From: Vitrella brassicaformis CCMP3155
Taxonomy: Eukaryota > Protista > Chromerida
Direction of reading: 5' to 3'
Assembly: GCA_001179505.1 (NCBI GenBank)
Contig: CDMY01000471.1
Span: 6,057-70,056, forward strand
Length of the DNA: 64,000 bases
The notes under the pieces were generated by a model. It made no database searches. It saw only the letters and a list, made by a program, of their open reading frames with translations, and was not told where the DNA came from. This document shows positions 38,140 to 49,247 of this stretch, piece after piece. Positions within the stretch are counted from its first letter, which is position 1; each line of letters starts with the position of its first letter. A program made the position numbers and the translations under genes.

Positions 38140-41100
38140 TTATTTCTTCGAGCCGGTGAACCAGCCGAAGAATCCAACCCCGCAGGACTTCTTCGTTGAT
38201 ACTGACCACCACCACAACACATCACATCACATTGCAGCACATCCCATCACAGCCGATCCCATCACAGCCGATCCCGTGTGTGTGGTCACTTACTTTTCTT
38301 CTTGGGAGCGATCATGTGTGCGGGCGGCGGGGCCATCATGGGCGGCCGCATCATCATCACCATGGGAGGGCCGGCAGGGGCAGCGGGAGGCGGCGCAAAC
38401 GGACGACCAGCACCAGGGAAGGGCGGCGGGGGCGCCATCACCATCTGCACACACACACACACACACACAGACGGGAAGAGACACAGCAATGAGTGCACAT
38501 GGGAGGTGACATCTGCCTGTGTGTCTGTTTGCTGTGTTGTGTGATGTTGTGTGTCACTCACGGGCATGCGGATGGGCGGCCCCTGGTAGCCGCACTGCTC
38601 CGGGGTCAACTTGTGCTCGGCCATCTACACAAAGAGAGAGGGAATGGAATGCACTCGTGTCTCTCACGCCTCGCTGTGTCTCATTTGTGTCTGTGTGTCG
38701 CGTACGATCTTGAGTTGGTGCTGGTTGGGGATCCATCCCTGGGGCGGCCTTTCCAGTGTGGTCTTGATGGGCTCGCCCACCTTGACGGGCGGGCCGGTCC
38801 AGGTGTGGCCGTCCTGCATCTGGCTGGGGTGCGGAAGGGGACCCAGCTCATCCACCGGCCACGGCTTGGCGTTCTTGACGTACTCGGGGAGCGGCTCACT
38901 CTCGAAATGGGCCTCTATAGACGTGGGCGCTGCACACAGACAGTAGAAAAGGGGATCATTGTGGACACGTGTGTCGTGTGTGTGGCTGACCGGCCCCCTC
39001 GGGCAGCGGCATTGGCGGGGCGATTTCCTTGCACTGATTGAGGTCGATGCCCTTGGTGGCCCGAACGTAATGCACCAGCTCTTCCCGGGTGATTCTCATA
39101 CCTTCAGACAGACAGACAGACAGACAGACAGACCGGTGGCCGAAAGGGATGGCTGCGGTGTGGATGAGCCCATTGGCTGTTCACCGGGCGGTATGTCGAA
39201 AGTGAAGTTGCCCTTGATGATCGACGGAATGACAAAATTGGTGGGGCCGAGCGGCAGCATCGTGGTCTTCTCGTGGGGAATCACCTACACAGACAGACAG
39301 AGACAGACATGGTGAGAGGTCAGGGAGGTAGCGAGGCGTGTGGTGCGCCTCCTGTGTGTGTGTGTGTGTGTGAGTGTGCTGACCACTGGGTATTTGTTGT
39401 GTTTGTAATCGTAGACCGGCACCTCATAGGGCTTCGGCACGTCGACGTACCTGAAGGCACACACACAGGGACCTTCAATCAGTGCAGTCGTGTGTGTGTT
39501 GTGCACACTGACTTGACAACTTCCACCTCCCGCTCGATGACCTCCTCCCTGACAGCACCATCAACGACACAGACAGCATCACACACACAGTGGATGGATG
39601 TGTGCGTGTGTGTGGGTACCGTTCGACGGGCACCTCCCGCCAGACTTCGATGACGGGACCCGGCACCTCCACNNNNNNNNNNNNNNNNNNNNNNNNNNNN
39701 NNNNNNNNNNNNNNNNNNNNNNNNNNNNNNNNNNNNNNNNNNNNNNNNNNNNNNNNNNNNNNNNNNNNNNNNNNNNNNNNNNNNNNNNNNNNNNNNNNNN
39801 NNNNNNNNNNNNNNNNNNNNNNNNNNNNNNNNNNNNNNNNNNNNNNNNNNNNNNNNNNNNNNNNNNNNNNNNNNNNNNNNNNNNNNNNNNNNNNNNNNNN
39901 NNNNNNNNNNNNNNNNNNNNNNNNNNNNNNNNNNNNNNNNNNNNNNNNNNNNNNNNNNNNNNNNNNNNNNNNGATGACGGGACCCGGCACCTCCACATCC
40001 ACCACCTGCACAGACACACCTTTGTCGTCTGTGTGTGGTGTGTGTGGTCATTCATGTGTGTGTGTACTCGTTCTTCAGTGATGATTTTGGGGACTTCTTT
40101 GATGACGGTCACCGGCACGTCCACGTACTGGGGCACCGGCACGTGCTCAATGCGCTCGATGGTCTTGACCTCCACCTTGGGCACATACTTGATCACCGGC
40201 ACCTGAACCTGCGCATGCACACAGGCAGAGAGACAGGCAGGCAGCGATGTATGGTCAGCCTGTCTGTCTGTCTGTCTGTCTGTGTTTGTGCGTGTGTGGG
40301 TTACTTCGACGGGCACTGGTTTGGGGACTTCCTTGATGACCTCCACCACATGGGGCACCTGCACCAAGACACACACATAGAGAGACGGAGAGGGGAATGT
40401 CATGGCATCGACCGCAGCGCTATGTGACGGTCGGTGTGGCGTGGGTATTACCTCAACGATTTTGTCTTTGTATTGGACGACGGGCACCTCCTCCACACGA
40501 TCGACCGTCTTGACCACCGTCGTGGGCACCACACGCTCCTGCACACAACACACACACGCCGTGTCTCCCTTGTGGCTGTCTGTGTGTCCCCTCCATGGAG
40601 CTGGCAGCTTACGATGGTTTTGACTTCGACCTTGGGCACATACTTGTTGACCACCTGCACCTGGGGCACCTGCACGCAACACCAAAGGCACACCACCCAC
40701 TCGTGTGTCCCTTCGTGTGTGTCATATGTGTAGGGTGGGAGTCAGACGTACCTCGACGATCCGTTCGACGTGCTGGACGACGGGCACCTCCACTTGGCGC
40801 TCGATCCACGAGTGGCTCAGCTCGGGCACCTGGCGGACCAGCTCATGGACCTCGGGCTCGGGGACGATCTTCTGCACGTGCAGCGGCACCGTACGCTCGG
40901 CGACGACGTCCTCGTAGTGCACGTCGGTGTACACGGGCACCTCCACCTCAATCTGACGACAGACAGACAACACACAACAAGACACAGGATGGACACACGC
41001 GCACATGGGATGCCCCTCTGGGCTCTCTCTGCTGCCCCACTCCGTGTCTCCTTCCCTCCCTCCCTCCCTCCTGACTGACTGACTGACTGCTGACTGACCC

Positions 41101-41324
41101 TTTGTGTGCCGGTCTGGATGGAGCCGGCGGGAGTGGTCCGTCCGAGGCGTATGAGCTGGGACTGTGTCATCTCCCCCTCACCACCTGACGAGACGATAGA
41201 CATAACACAGAGCCCCTCAGCCCCAAGAAGGGTCTCCCCTTCTGACTCTCGTGCATGTGTCTATTCCGCTCCTTCCCGCCTCCCCCTCTCCATTTGGCTC
41301 ACCTTGTTGCTGCTGTCCGCCCAT
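38140..41324 (-). CDS. Alveolin / inner membrane complex (IMC) family protein, multi-exon
   Basis: Repeated VEVP/VPV/KYVPKVEVKTI/ERIVE motifs, N-terminal MG, Pro/Met-rich segment; spliced C-terminus KKKISTKKSCGVGFFGWFTGSKK*. Confidence 0.9.
39673..39972. other. Assembly gap (300 N) inside an alveolin exon
   Basis: N run with an identical 24-mer on both flanks. Confidence 0.99.
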
Positions 41325-41618
41325 GGCCAGTGCGTCCCGCACACTGACCGGTTCGCTGGCGGCCTGAAAGGCCGCTGCCAGAGGGGATGAGCCCGATGGG
41401 GCCGGGCCACTCATGATGAAATCAACTCAGGGGAATGAGGGGCGGGGCGCGGTACGTTGATTGATCTGGGGCTTAGCAACAGAAACTCGGAGCAGTCAAA
41501 ATTCCGAAACACAATTCGCAGAGAGTCTTTTTTTTGTGAGGAAAAGATCTCGACGATTGCTTTGATCTCCCACTCATTCCGCGTGATGTTCACGTGAGAG
41601 TAGCTCGGGTTCTCCAGC

Positions 41619-43490
41619 ATGAGTGTCGAAGGAGAGCCGAAGCGTCCCCGCAAGGCGGCGACTCGGCCGCTGCAAATGAGAACACACCGGTAAGCATCAA
41701 TCGAGAAGCGAACTCAAGCAGGCCAGAGAGCAAACACAGCACGACAAGCGAACGCATTCACTCGAAAGAGCGCACACACGTCCATTCATCGTGGTGATTG
41801 TGTGTGTGTGTTGCAGCCCATCAGCGAGGCTTTGGTTCGTCTGGAGGAGCGCATCGCATCGCTGCACACACACATAGATCAGGCACGTGGCGCATGAGAG
41901 GCCAAATGGCCTCACTGCTGCTGTGCTCTCATCCACTGTGTGTGATGCCTGCAGGTCACACGAGAGGCTGCCGGTGTGCAGCAGCTCTTCAGCACCACAG
42001 TCGCCGCACAGGTCATCCACACACACACGAGAGTACTGCAGCCATCACTCTCTCTCTGGTTGTCTGTGTGTTTGGTGCAGACGCCATTTCTCGGCGATAA
42101 GTGGCTCAGCGTCTTCGCCGCTCTCTCGTCGGCTAAAGATGCGCTGCATGACGTCGAGGATGGCGTCAAGGGCACCATTCGGCCCATCGGCTGGGCCAAG
42201 CCGTCCCCGCCCGCCGACTCGGCCGACGGCCTGCCACCTGATGTCTGCCGCGACGTCATCTACCCGTGCCTGGCCATCAATGAGGCCGTCTGCTCGGCCC
42301 GCCCCATCAGCAGGGCACACGGCAGCCAACTCGTCAATGAGGCCTTCGTGCAGCGCCGCATCGCCAAACACCTCAGCCGCCACTCGCTGACCGGCCTCAT
42401 CGACGTGCACCGGACGGCAGCAGACACAGCCAATGCCGCGGCGCCCACCCCTGCCCCTCCGACCACCAGCAGCAGCAGCAGTGACGCACCGGCCCCTGCA
42501 GCTGCTGCTGGTGGCCCTCATGTGTCGCACTTCGGTTATCTGTCCCAGTGCTGCTATGCACTGGAGCATGGCGGGGCGGTGTGAGTGGCCCGGCTTCATC
42601 CGGCTGGCTGACATCTACAAGCTGACGCCCTCGACTGGCCTGCCGCTGGTCATGTCGGCCCAGTGGATGGCGGCCCACCTGGCCACCAAGGCCGACTTCC
42701 ACACCATGCCCCTCGCCCTTCGCCAGTACAGCACATTCGGCCACCTCCTCAACTACAAAGGGACCAGTCTGGCGCTCACAAAGGTGGATGAGGCCGACGA
42801 TGGCGGTGAGGGCAAGAAGGAGTCCGAGAGGGTGGACGGAGAGGAGGGGGAGGGGGACGGTGGGGTGACGCGGCAGCGGTATACCATCGGAAGCGGCCAG
42901 CGAGAGTGGCGGTTTGAGACGGTGCCCAAGTCCGGCCTCCCTGCCCGCCACCCCTACCGCCGCACATACGACCCCCACAACCCGCCCATCGGCTGCCGGG
43001 ACGTGCTCTTCCCCTCGTTCACGGCCTTCATCCGACGGATGGCGTTGCTGGAGTGGTATAACCAAGGGGGGGTGGGAGAGAAGGAGGTATTCGAGGCGAG
43101 GGAAGGCGATGGCTTTGAGCGGTATCGGTCGCTGCTGACCGGTCCCATCGACGACCACAAGACCGTCGACTGCATCTGGGAGCCGAATGACGAGCGGGAG
43201 CGATTTATCATCCTCAAGGGCATGAAGGAAGGCGACGCCGTCGTGGCCTACCTGTGGGTGGACAGCGACCGCATCACTCTCTACACGACCGAGGCGGAGC
43301 TCGAGGGCCACACGCGGCTCTCTGACCGATTCCCCATCGCGATGTCATTGGCCCGCACCTTGTTGAAAGAACACGGCTTTCAGTGCATCGAGGTCACGGA
43401 TAGCAATCAGTCTGACACTGTGTGTGTGCTTGTGCTTCGACCCGCCCCCTCCTGACCACGCACCGATTCGCCCAGATCATGCCGCAGTAG
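41619..43490 (+). pseudogene. Frameshifted paralog of the 34805-36602 gene
   Basis: Colinear including introns; -4 nt in exon 1 (ccccacacacaagg to ccccgcaagg) and -5 nt near 42580 giving TGA; about 85-90 nt inserted before the C-terminal HRFAQIMPQ*. Confidence 0.8.
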
Positions 43491-43993
43491 AGGAGAGCAC
43501 GTAGAATCGTAGAGGCCGGTGGGCGGTGGAGGGCTGATCGCCCCACAGAGATCCCAATGACTGGATGGGATGGAGGGGCCACGTGGGCTATCGGTGGATG
43601 CCGTGGCAGATGGATTATGTATTTGCCGCATTGTGTGCGCATGGTGGACTGCCTGTGTGTGCCGTGCAATTTCGATCATCTTTCAATGCGTGGGCAAGTC
43701 ATTCGTTGATCGTCCGTTGCGCAGTCAAATCCACCCACCCCACCCACCCCTTGCCACCCCCCTCGCGTTCAACATTCCGATCAGCACGACCGTCCATTCA
43801 TCCATCCATCCATCATCCTCTGCCGTACGCTGTGTGTGTGCGTGTGAGTGTGACCAACCCTCGATGAGAGGGCTACTTCATGGCCTATCTTCCACCACAC
43901 CAGCCAACTCCAACAATCACATCACTTCCCAATCAACCGTCACATCAAGCCTTATGCCGTAACCATTCCACCAAAGCACTCACTCTATCCTGC

Positions 43994-46900
43994 TCAACCG
44001 CCGTCTGTCTCAGGCAGGAAGGGCTCGTTGATCCACCGGCGCAAGTTGGGCAGCGTGTCAGCATGCGTCCCTTCGTGGCCACAATACGCACACCGAAACT
44101 TCGGCAGCTCCTCTCTCGATCCAGCCGCCTGGCGGTCCTTCGCTTGCTGCAGCTGCTGGGCGAAGTGGGCCTGCCACTTGGTATAGCACGGCTGGCAGAG
44201 GCAGAGGTGACGACACGGAACGAACATGACGACTGGGGGAGCGCTGAGACACGTCACACACTCGCGTTGCTGGGCAGTGGACGGCTGGGTGGCAGCGCTT
44301 GATGATGAAGCCGCTTGCTGCATGGTCAGCTCAGCCAGCCTGAGACATCAGCAGAAGGCCGACAGAGACATGGAACCGGCCTGCCTCACCTGCCTGCCTG
44401 CAATGGTTTTACTTTTTCTGGGCCTCTTCAAGCTGTCTTTTCAGCTCGTCCTCTCGCTCTTCCTTCCTCCTTGTCTCTTCCTTCGCCTCCTCCAGTCGCT
44501 GGCGCAGCTGATCCATCATACCTTCAGCCTCACTGGCAGAGACAGACCTATGAATGATGGAACGAGACAAGGCATCTTCACATGCCGATGGTCAAGGCAC
44601 ACAGTTCTCCGCCCCTTACCGGACGGCACGAGCACTGGCATCGGGTCTCTGGACCTGTCTCTCTCCGTGCCGAGATCCTGGCGCCGTGAGAGCACTTGCG
44701 GCGTCGTTCGGCTGGGGGGCGAGGGGAAACGGGGGAGGGGGCGGCAGAGGCTGGCAATCACCACTACTTCTGCGACCATACACGCGACAGAGACCGACTT
44801 GGCCTATCCCTCTTCGCTCTGAAGCTGGTACCTGTCAGTTTGGCCACGTACGCGGTCTTCGCGTACTCGTGGGGGGCGCGGAGGGGGAGGATAGGCCGGC
44901 CGTGGCGGCAAAGACGGGAGACTGATGATGAAACAGGAGATAACACAGTGAGATGAATCGGATTCGTTGCGATCCACTCCGACTTACGGCATTCGCTTTT
45001 CTGATTCTGGGAGGGCCTCCATCTGTTGTTTATGTTGGCGGTCTCTCTTTCTTCGGCTGACCACTGGCACGAAACTTTCGTCGCCATCACTCTCCCCGTC
45101 AACGGGCGGCGGAGACACGACACCTGCAGCATCAGTCGGCGGTGCCGAGGGGCCGCTGAAGACACAAAGACATGCAAGTGGGGAGACACGCATGCGAGGG
45201 GCCGCCGTCCAAATCTGTGTTTACGGGTGGAGGTCGGCAGATGACAATGAGGACGACGGCTGGTCATTCGTGTCTCTATCGATGGCACCGGACGCCACAC
45301 TGAACACGCACACACACGCATAGAGAGAGAAAGACAAGACAACACTGCTTACCTGCTGTCAGCCTCTGTCGATGGCAACGGCCACTGCTGTCGCGTTCCC
45401 TTCTTGCCGCCCATTTTGCCTTTCTTCTTTGCCTTCTCTCGCTTCTCATCGGCTATCAGCTCCTCAGCTATTCGAGCAGCCACGGCATCATCTTCCTGCT
45501 GCTGGGGCGTTGTCCCGGTACTTCCCTGCATGTCCTGCTGAATATCTTGCACGAGTTTGCATGCATAACGCTCGCCGGGCGTGGTCTTGTGCATCAGCTG
45601 AGTGTCGGCCCCGTGCTCGAGTAGTGTCCTGATCACCTGCTTGCAAGTGTCGATCTGTTCTGGTGGGGCTTTGTCTCTGAGCCGGTGACTGAGGCGCAAG
45701 CCAGCTTCCATCAGCGGCCGAAGGCCTAGCAGATTTGGCTTCTTGTTGATTTCTGCCGCACCGACATTCTTGCAGAGCCACTCGGCTACATGAAGCTGAC
45801 CCTTTACCATGGCCAAGTCGAGCGGCGTCTTCCCTCCAGAGCTCCTCGCACTGGGAGACGCCCCATGCTTCATTAGCAGATCCAAATAGCTGCAGACGAA
45901 GTCTGATGACAGCCGGGTAGAGAGTGCAGCGGCCACATGTATTGGAGTATTGCCTTTGCTGTCCTCCTCAACGGCGAGAGATGGGTCATGCTCCAGCAGC
46001 TGGTGATATACCTCCAGCTGGTCGGTCTCATACTGACGGCTCGGTTGAGTTGCTGGGACCGACAGAACGGGGAAGGCGAGGCACAGTCCATGCGTCGCCG
46101 CTCCATTCTTCAGAAGCACTTCGACAGAGATCGAGTCGGCACATCGGACGGCCGTAAGAATAGGCGGTGTGTCGAATACAGTACAGCGGCGGTCGGTGCC
46201 CACTTCCGCGGACACGAGAGCCCCAAGAACGGCGGCGTGCAGCTTGCGGCATGGCCACTTCGGCAAAGCGAGCTCTCTTCCATCGCCAAAATTCCACGGA
46301 CTCCAAGAGCAGTCGATCGCTAAGTACAGCAGTCCGAGAGGAATCACGGGAGAGTCTTCGTTGACAATGTCGCGTAAAGGAACGGCCATCGTGACGTCAG
46401 CTCCCGCTTCCACAAGACGCTTCACCTCATCAGCCGCACTACAAGCGGTACATTGCCAGAAAACTGACCCAGGGGGGTGGGAAACTGTGTTCTCTGCGGA
46501 AAACCGGGGCCCCATGCGGAAAACTGAGCCGGGGGCCCGGAAAACTGGTGATCTGCAGTGGAAAACTGACCACCTGCGTGGAAAACTGGTCTTCTGCCGC
46601 CTGTACCCAGTTTTCCATTGCCTGATGCCAGTTTTCCACTGTCTCTACCCAGTTTTCCAGTCTCTCTACCCAGTTTTCCATTGCCTGATGTCAGTTTTCC
46701 AATAAATGTGCCAGTTTTCCAATAGATATGCCAGTTTTCCAATGAATGTGCCAGTTTTCCAGTAGATACACTCGAGATCTAACGCAGCACGCACCAGTCA
46801 ATGCTTTCTGAAGTCAGTGAGAGAGTTGGAGAGAGCGCGGGCGTGCAGCAGGAGGGAGAGAGACACAGGGCAAGGATGGCCGGCCGGCCGTCAATAAAAG

Positions 46901-47520
46901 ACGGTGTCCGCTCGATGCACCCATCCACTCACTCAGTCATCGATCATCAGTACCTGTCATCATCATCCTCGCCCTTTCCGTGCACCTCCAACAGAGGGCA
47001 GAGAGCGACCGCACCTCGGAAAACTGGCAGATTCATCGGAATCATCGGAAAACTGGCACATTCATTGGAAAACTGGCACATTCATTGGAAAACTGGCACA
47101 TTCATTGGAAAACTGGTGGGTAGAGACAGTGGAAAACTGGTATCAGGCAATGGAAAACTGGGTACAGGCGGCAGAAAACCAGTTTTCCACGTGGGAGTGC
47201 CAGTTTTTTACTGCAGATCACCAGTTTTCCACGCAGGTGGTCAGTTTTCCACTGCAGATCACCAGTTTTCCGGGCCCCCGGCTCAGTTTTCCGCATGGGG
47301 CCCCGGTTTTCCGCAGAGAACACAGTTTCCCACCCCCCTGGGTCAGTTTTCTGGCAATGTACCGCTTGTAGTGCGACGAAATTCTACGGCACACAATCCC
47401 ACAGGCGAGCTCTAGACTCGCCACATGATTGTTGCCCTTCCGTAGGACGATAGCCGCAAGCTCGAAGCCTTGGCTGCGCAGAAGATCATCTAGTTGACTC
47501 TCGTAGGAGGGCTCCTCCAT
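43994..47520 (-). CDS. Ankyrin-repeat / coiled-coil / C-terminal RING-HC (C3HC4_3-like) putative E3 ligase, interrupted by a CACTA element
   Basis: Ankyrin repeats (GNTPIHVAA, GKTPLDLA, LRPLMEA); RING CVTC..VPCRHLCLCQPC..CAYC. The N-terminus MEEPSYESQ..CRRISS joins ADEVKRLVEAGADV when the insertion is removed. Confidence 0.85.
46437..47373. mobile_element. Non-autonomous CACTA (EnSpm/CMC)-type DNA transposon with long foldback arms, 937 bp
   Basis: Ends CACTACAAG...CTTGTAGTG with CG on both flanks (2-bp TSD). 46437-46590 is a perfect inverted repeat of 47220-47373; imperfect arms extend to about 330-360 bp with many GGAAAACTGG subterminal repeats; no transposase ORF. Confidence 0.92.
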
Positions 47521-47732
47521 CTGAATGTTTCGAACACTGGCAGACAGTACAGCACACACACGTCAGGGGGACCAGATCTCAGGCAAAGCGAGACCCTTTG
47601 TGCCATCACCTGTTCCTTGTGTTGGTTGGTTGGTTGGTTATTGCGTGTGTGCGCTGACAGCGAAGGGGAACTTGAAGCCTGACAGATGAAAGTGGCCCCC
47701 ACTTCGAGCTCGCAATCGTCCAGGCAGGGGAA

Positions 47733-48437
47733 ATGGAGAGCGGCGACTTCGGACGCTCCTTCGAGGAGTCTATAGAGCGGTTTGCGACCTACGAGGACTA
47801 TCTGGACGCTCAAATCACCGACACAGACCGGTTCTATCTCGAGGACGATGAGTTGGCCCGCCAGCTGGTGGAGATCGGATGCCGCAAGGGGGAAGTGCTC
47901 AGCAGGGAGGAGTTCGCCGCCAGGAGGGAGGCGGCCGAGCAGTCCAAGCGGGCCAAGCTCCAGAACGCCCCGAAGGTGCTCGCGAGTGCGGGGCGGGACC
48001 TCTCGCAGTACCCCTTTCTCCGCCACTTGGCCGCGAGGGAGGAGCTGGTCCGCAACGGTCGGCTGTCGACCATTATTTTCATCCGCGACCGCAACCAGAA
48101 GGGGCAGGAGATCAGCGGCTACGTTGACTACGGCTTCCGTCTCAAAACCGAGAACTTCGAGCCGTACTTCGACAGGAAGAGGCGGCTGCTGCCACGGCCC
48201 ACCGATCTGTCTTTCTTCAACTGGGACACGCACCACAGCACGGCCAACGACTCGCCAAACTTCCAGATCATCCCTGACCACGATCTGGGGCTGCTGTTCA
48301 AGAACAAGAGGGACAGGAAGGTCATCAATGTCGACCCCAATGCGGAGCCGGGCGACAACTCGAGAAGGCATGAGCTGAAGACGCATGAGTATCTGCAGGT
48401 GGTCATCTACGACCATATGACCAGAAAGAAGGCGTAG
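47733..48437 (+). CDS. CFAP299: Cilia- and flagella-associated protein 299 (C4orf22/DUF4464), intronless CDS
   Basis: FATYEDYLDAQIT..DRFYLEDDELARQLVE, LAAREE..IIFIRD..GQEISGYVDY, LLPRPTDLSFFNW, LLFKNKRDRKVINVDP, YDHMTRKK. Confidence 0.93.
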   Translation: MESGDFGRSFEESIERFATYEDYLDAQITDTDRFYLEDDELARQLVEIGCRKGEVLSREEFAARREAAEQSKRAKLQNAPKVLASAGRDLSQYPFLRHLAAREELVRNGRLSTIIFIRDRNQKGQEISGYVDYGFRLKTENFEPYFDRKRRLLPRPTDLSFFNWDTHHSTANDSPNFQIIPDHDLGLLFKNKRDRKVINVDPNAEPGDNSRRHELKTHEYLQVVIYDHMTRKKA

Positions 48438-49247
48438 AGTGGGAGGGAGGGAGACATGAGTTGGTGTGGCTGGGGTGGGGGTCTTTGTATGGCGAGTGGG
48501 GGTGAGACATGGACCCACCGTTCATGTGGGTGTCAGTGGGTGGATGGATGGGAATATGTATAGCTTCCGTTCCGTGCGGTGAGAAAACACACATACATGG
48601 GTGGATCCATTCACTGCAATGATTACATCGCATCCATCAGTCAGTCAGTCAGTCCGCATGCCAACCCATCAAAACTCTCAAGATGAGATGGAATGATACA
48701 CAAGTGTCATTCTTGCCCTGTGTGTGTGTGAGCAGCCAGTTAGCGCCGTCTCCGCCTCACGCTCGGCCTCTCCACAGTGGGTACAGGGAAAGCCCGTTCC
48801 CAAGGTGGAGGCAAGTGAACTGGGCATTCTCACACGCACGCAGGAATGCAATGCATGGATCAGGCAGGTAGGCGCCCGCGCAGGCCGCGCGCACAACTGG
48901 GTCGTGCGGCGGGTACATACATACACCACACAGCATCCTCCCTCCCTCCCTCCCTCCCTCCTCTCTCAACGACAAAAAACCCGCAACCACTCCGTCATAC
49001 ACACACACGTGTACGTGTACATGTTCACATGTGTATATGGATGGATGCCGTGTCTAATGGCTCTGTGCACACGTCGGGCCACAGGGCCAGGTCGTCGGGC
49101 AGAAGCTCGCGCTCTCCTGCCTGGTGCCCCAGCCTCAGTGCGAGCAAACACACACACACAGACAGGCAGACGTCGGCAGGGAACTGCTGCTCTCCCTCCC
49201 TCCCGCCCCTTTCCTCTGTATGCACACCCCCTCCCGTCCACACACAC

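Noticed and set aside
46590-47220. Regularly spaced GGAAAACTGG/CCAGTTTTCC repeats as a CRISPR array
   Set aside because: Repeats are about 10 bp, occur in both orientations with repetitive spacers, lie inside transposon arms in a eukaryote, and no cas genes are present.
46169-47415. ORFs such as MENWHIYWKTG.. and 46801..47415 as a transposase or novel repeat protein
   Set aside because: They are translations of the subterminal repeats, with no DDE/Tnp2 motifs.
4731-47603. CACAAAG/TTTGTG as a shared bidirectional-promoter motif (seen in six spacers)
   Set aside because: The same 7-mer recurs often outside promoters because of the CA-rich background; it needs a statistical test.
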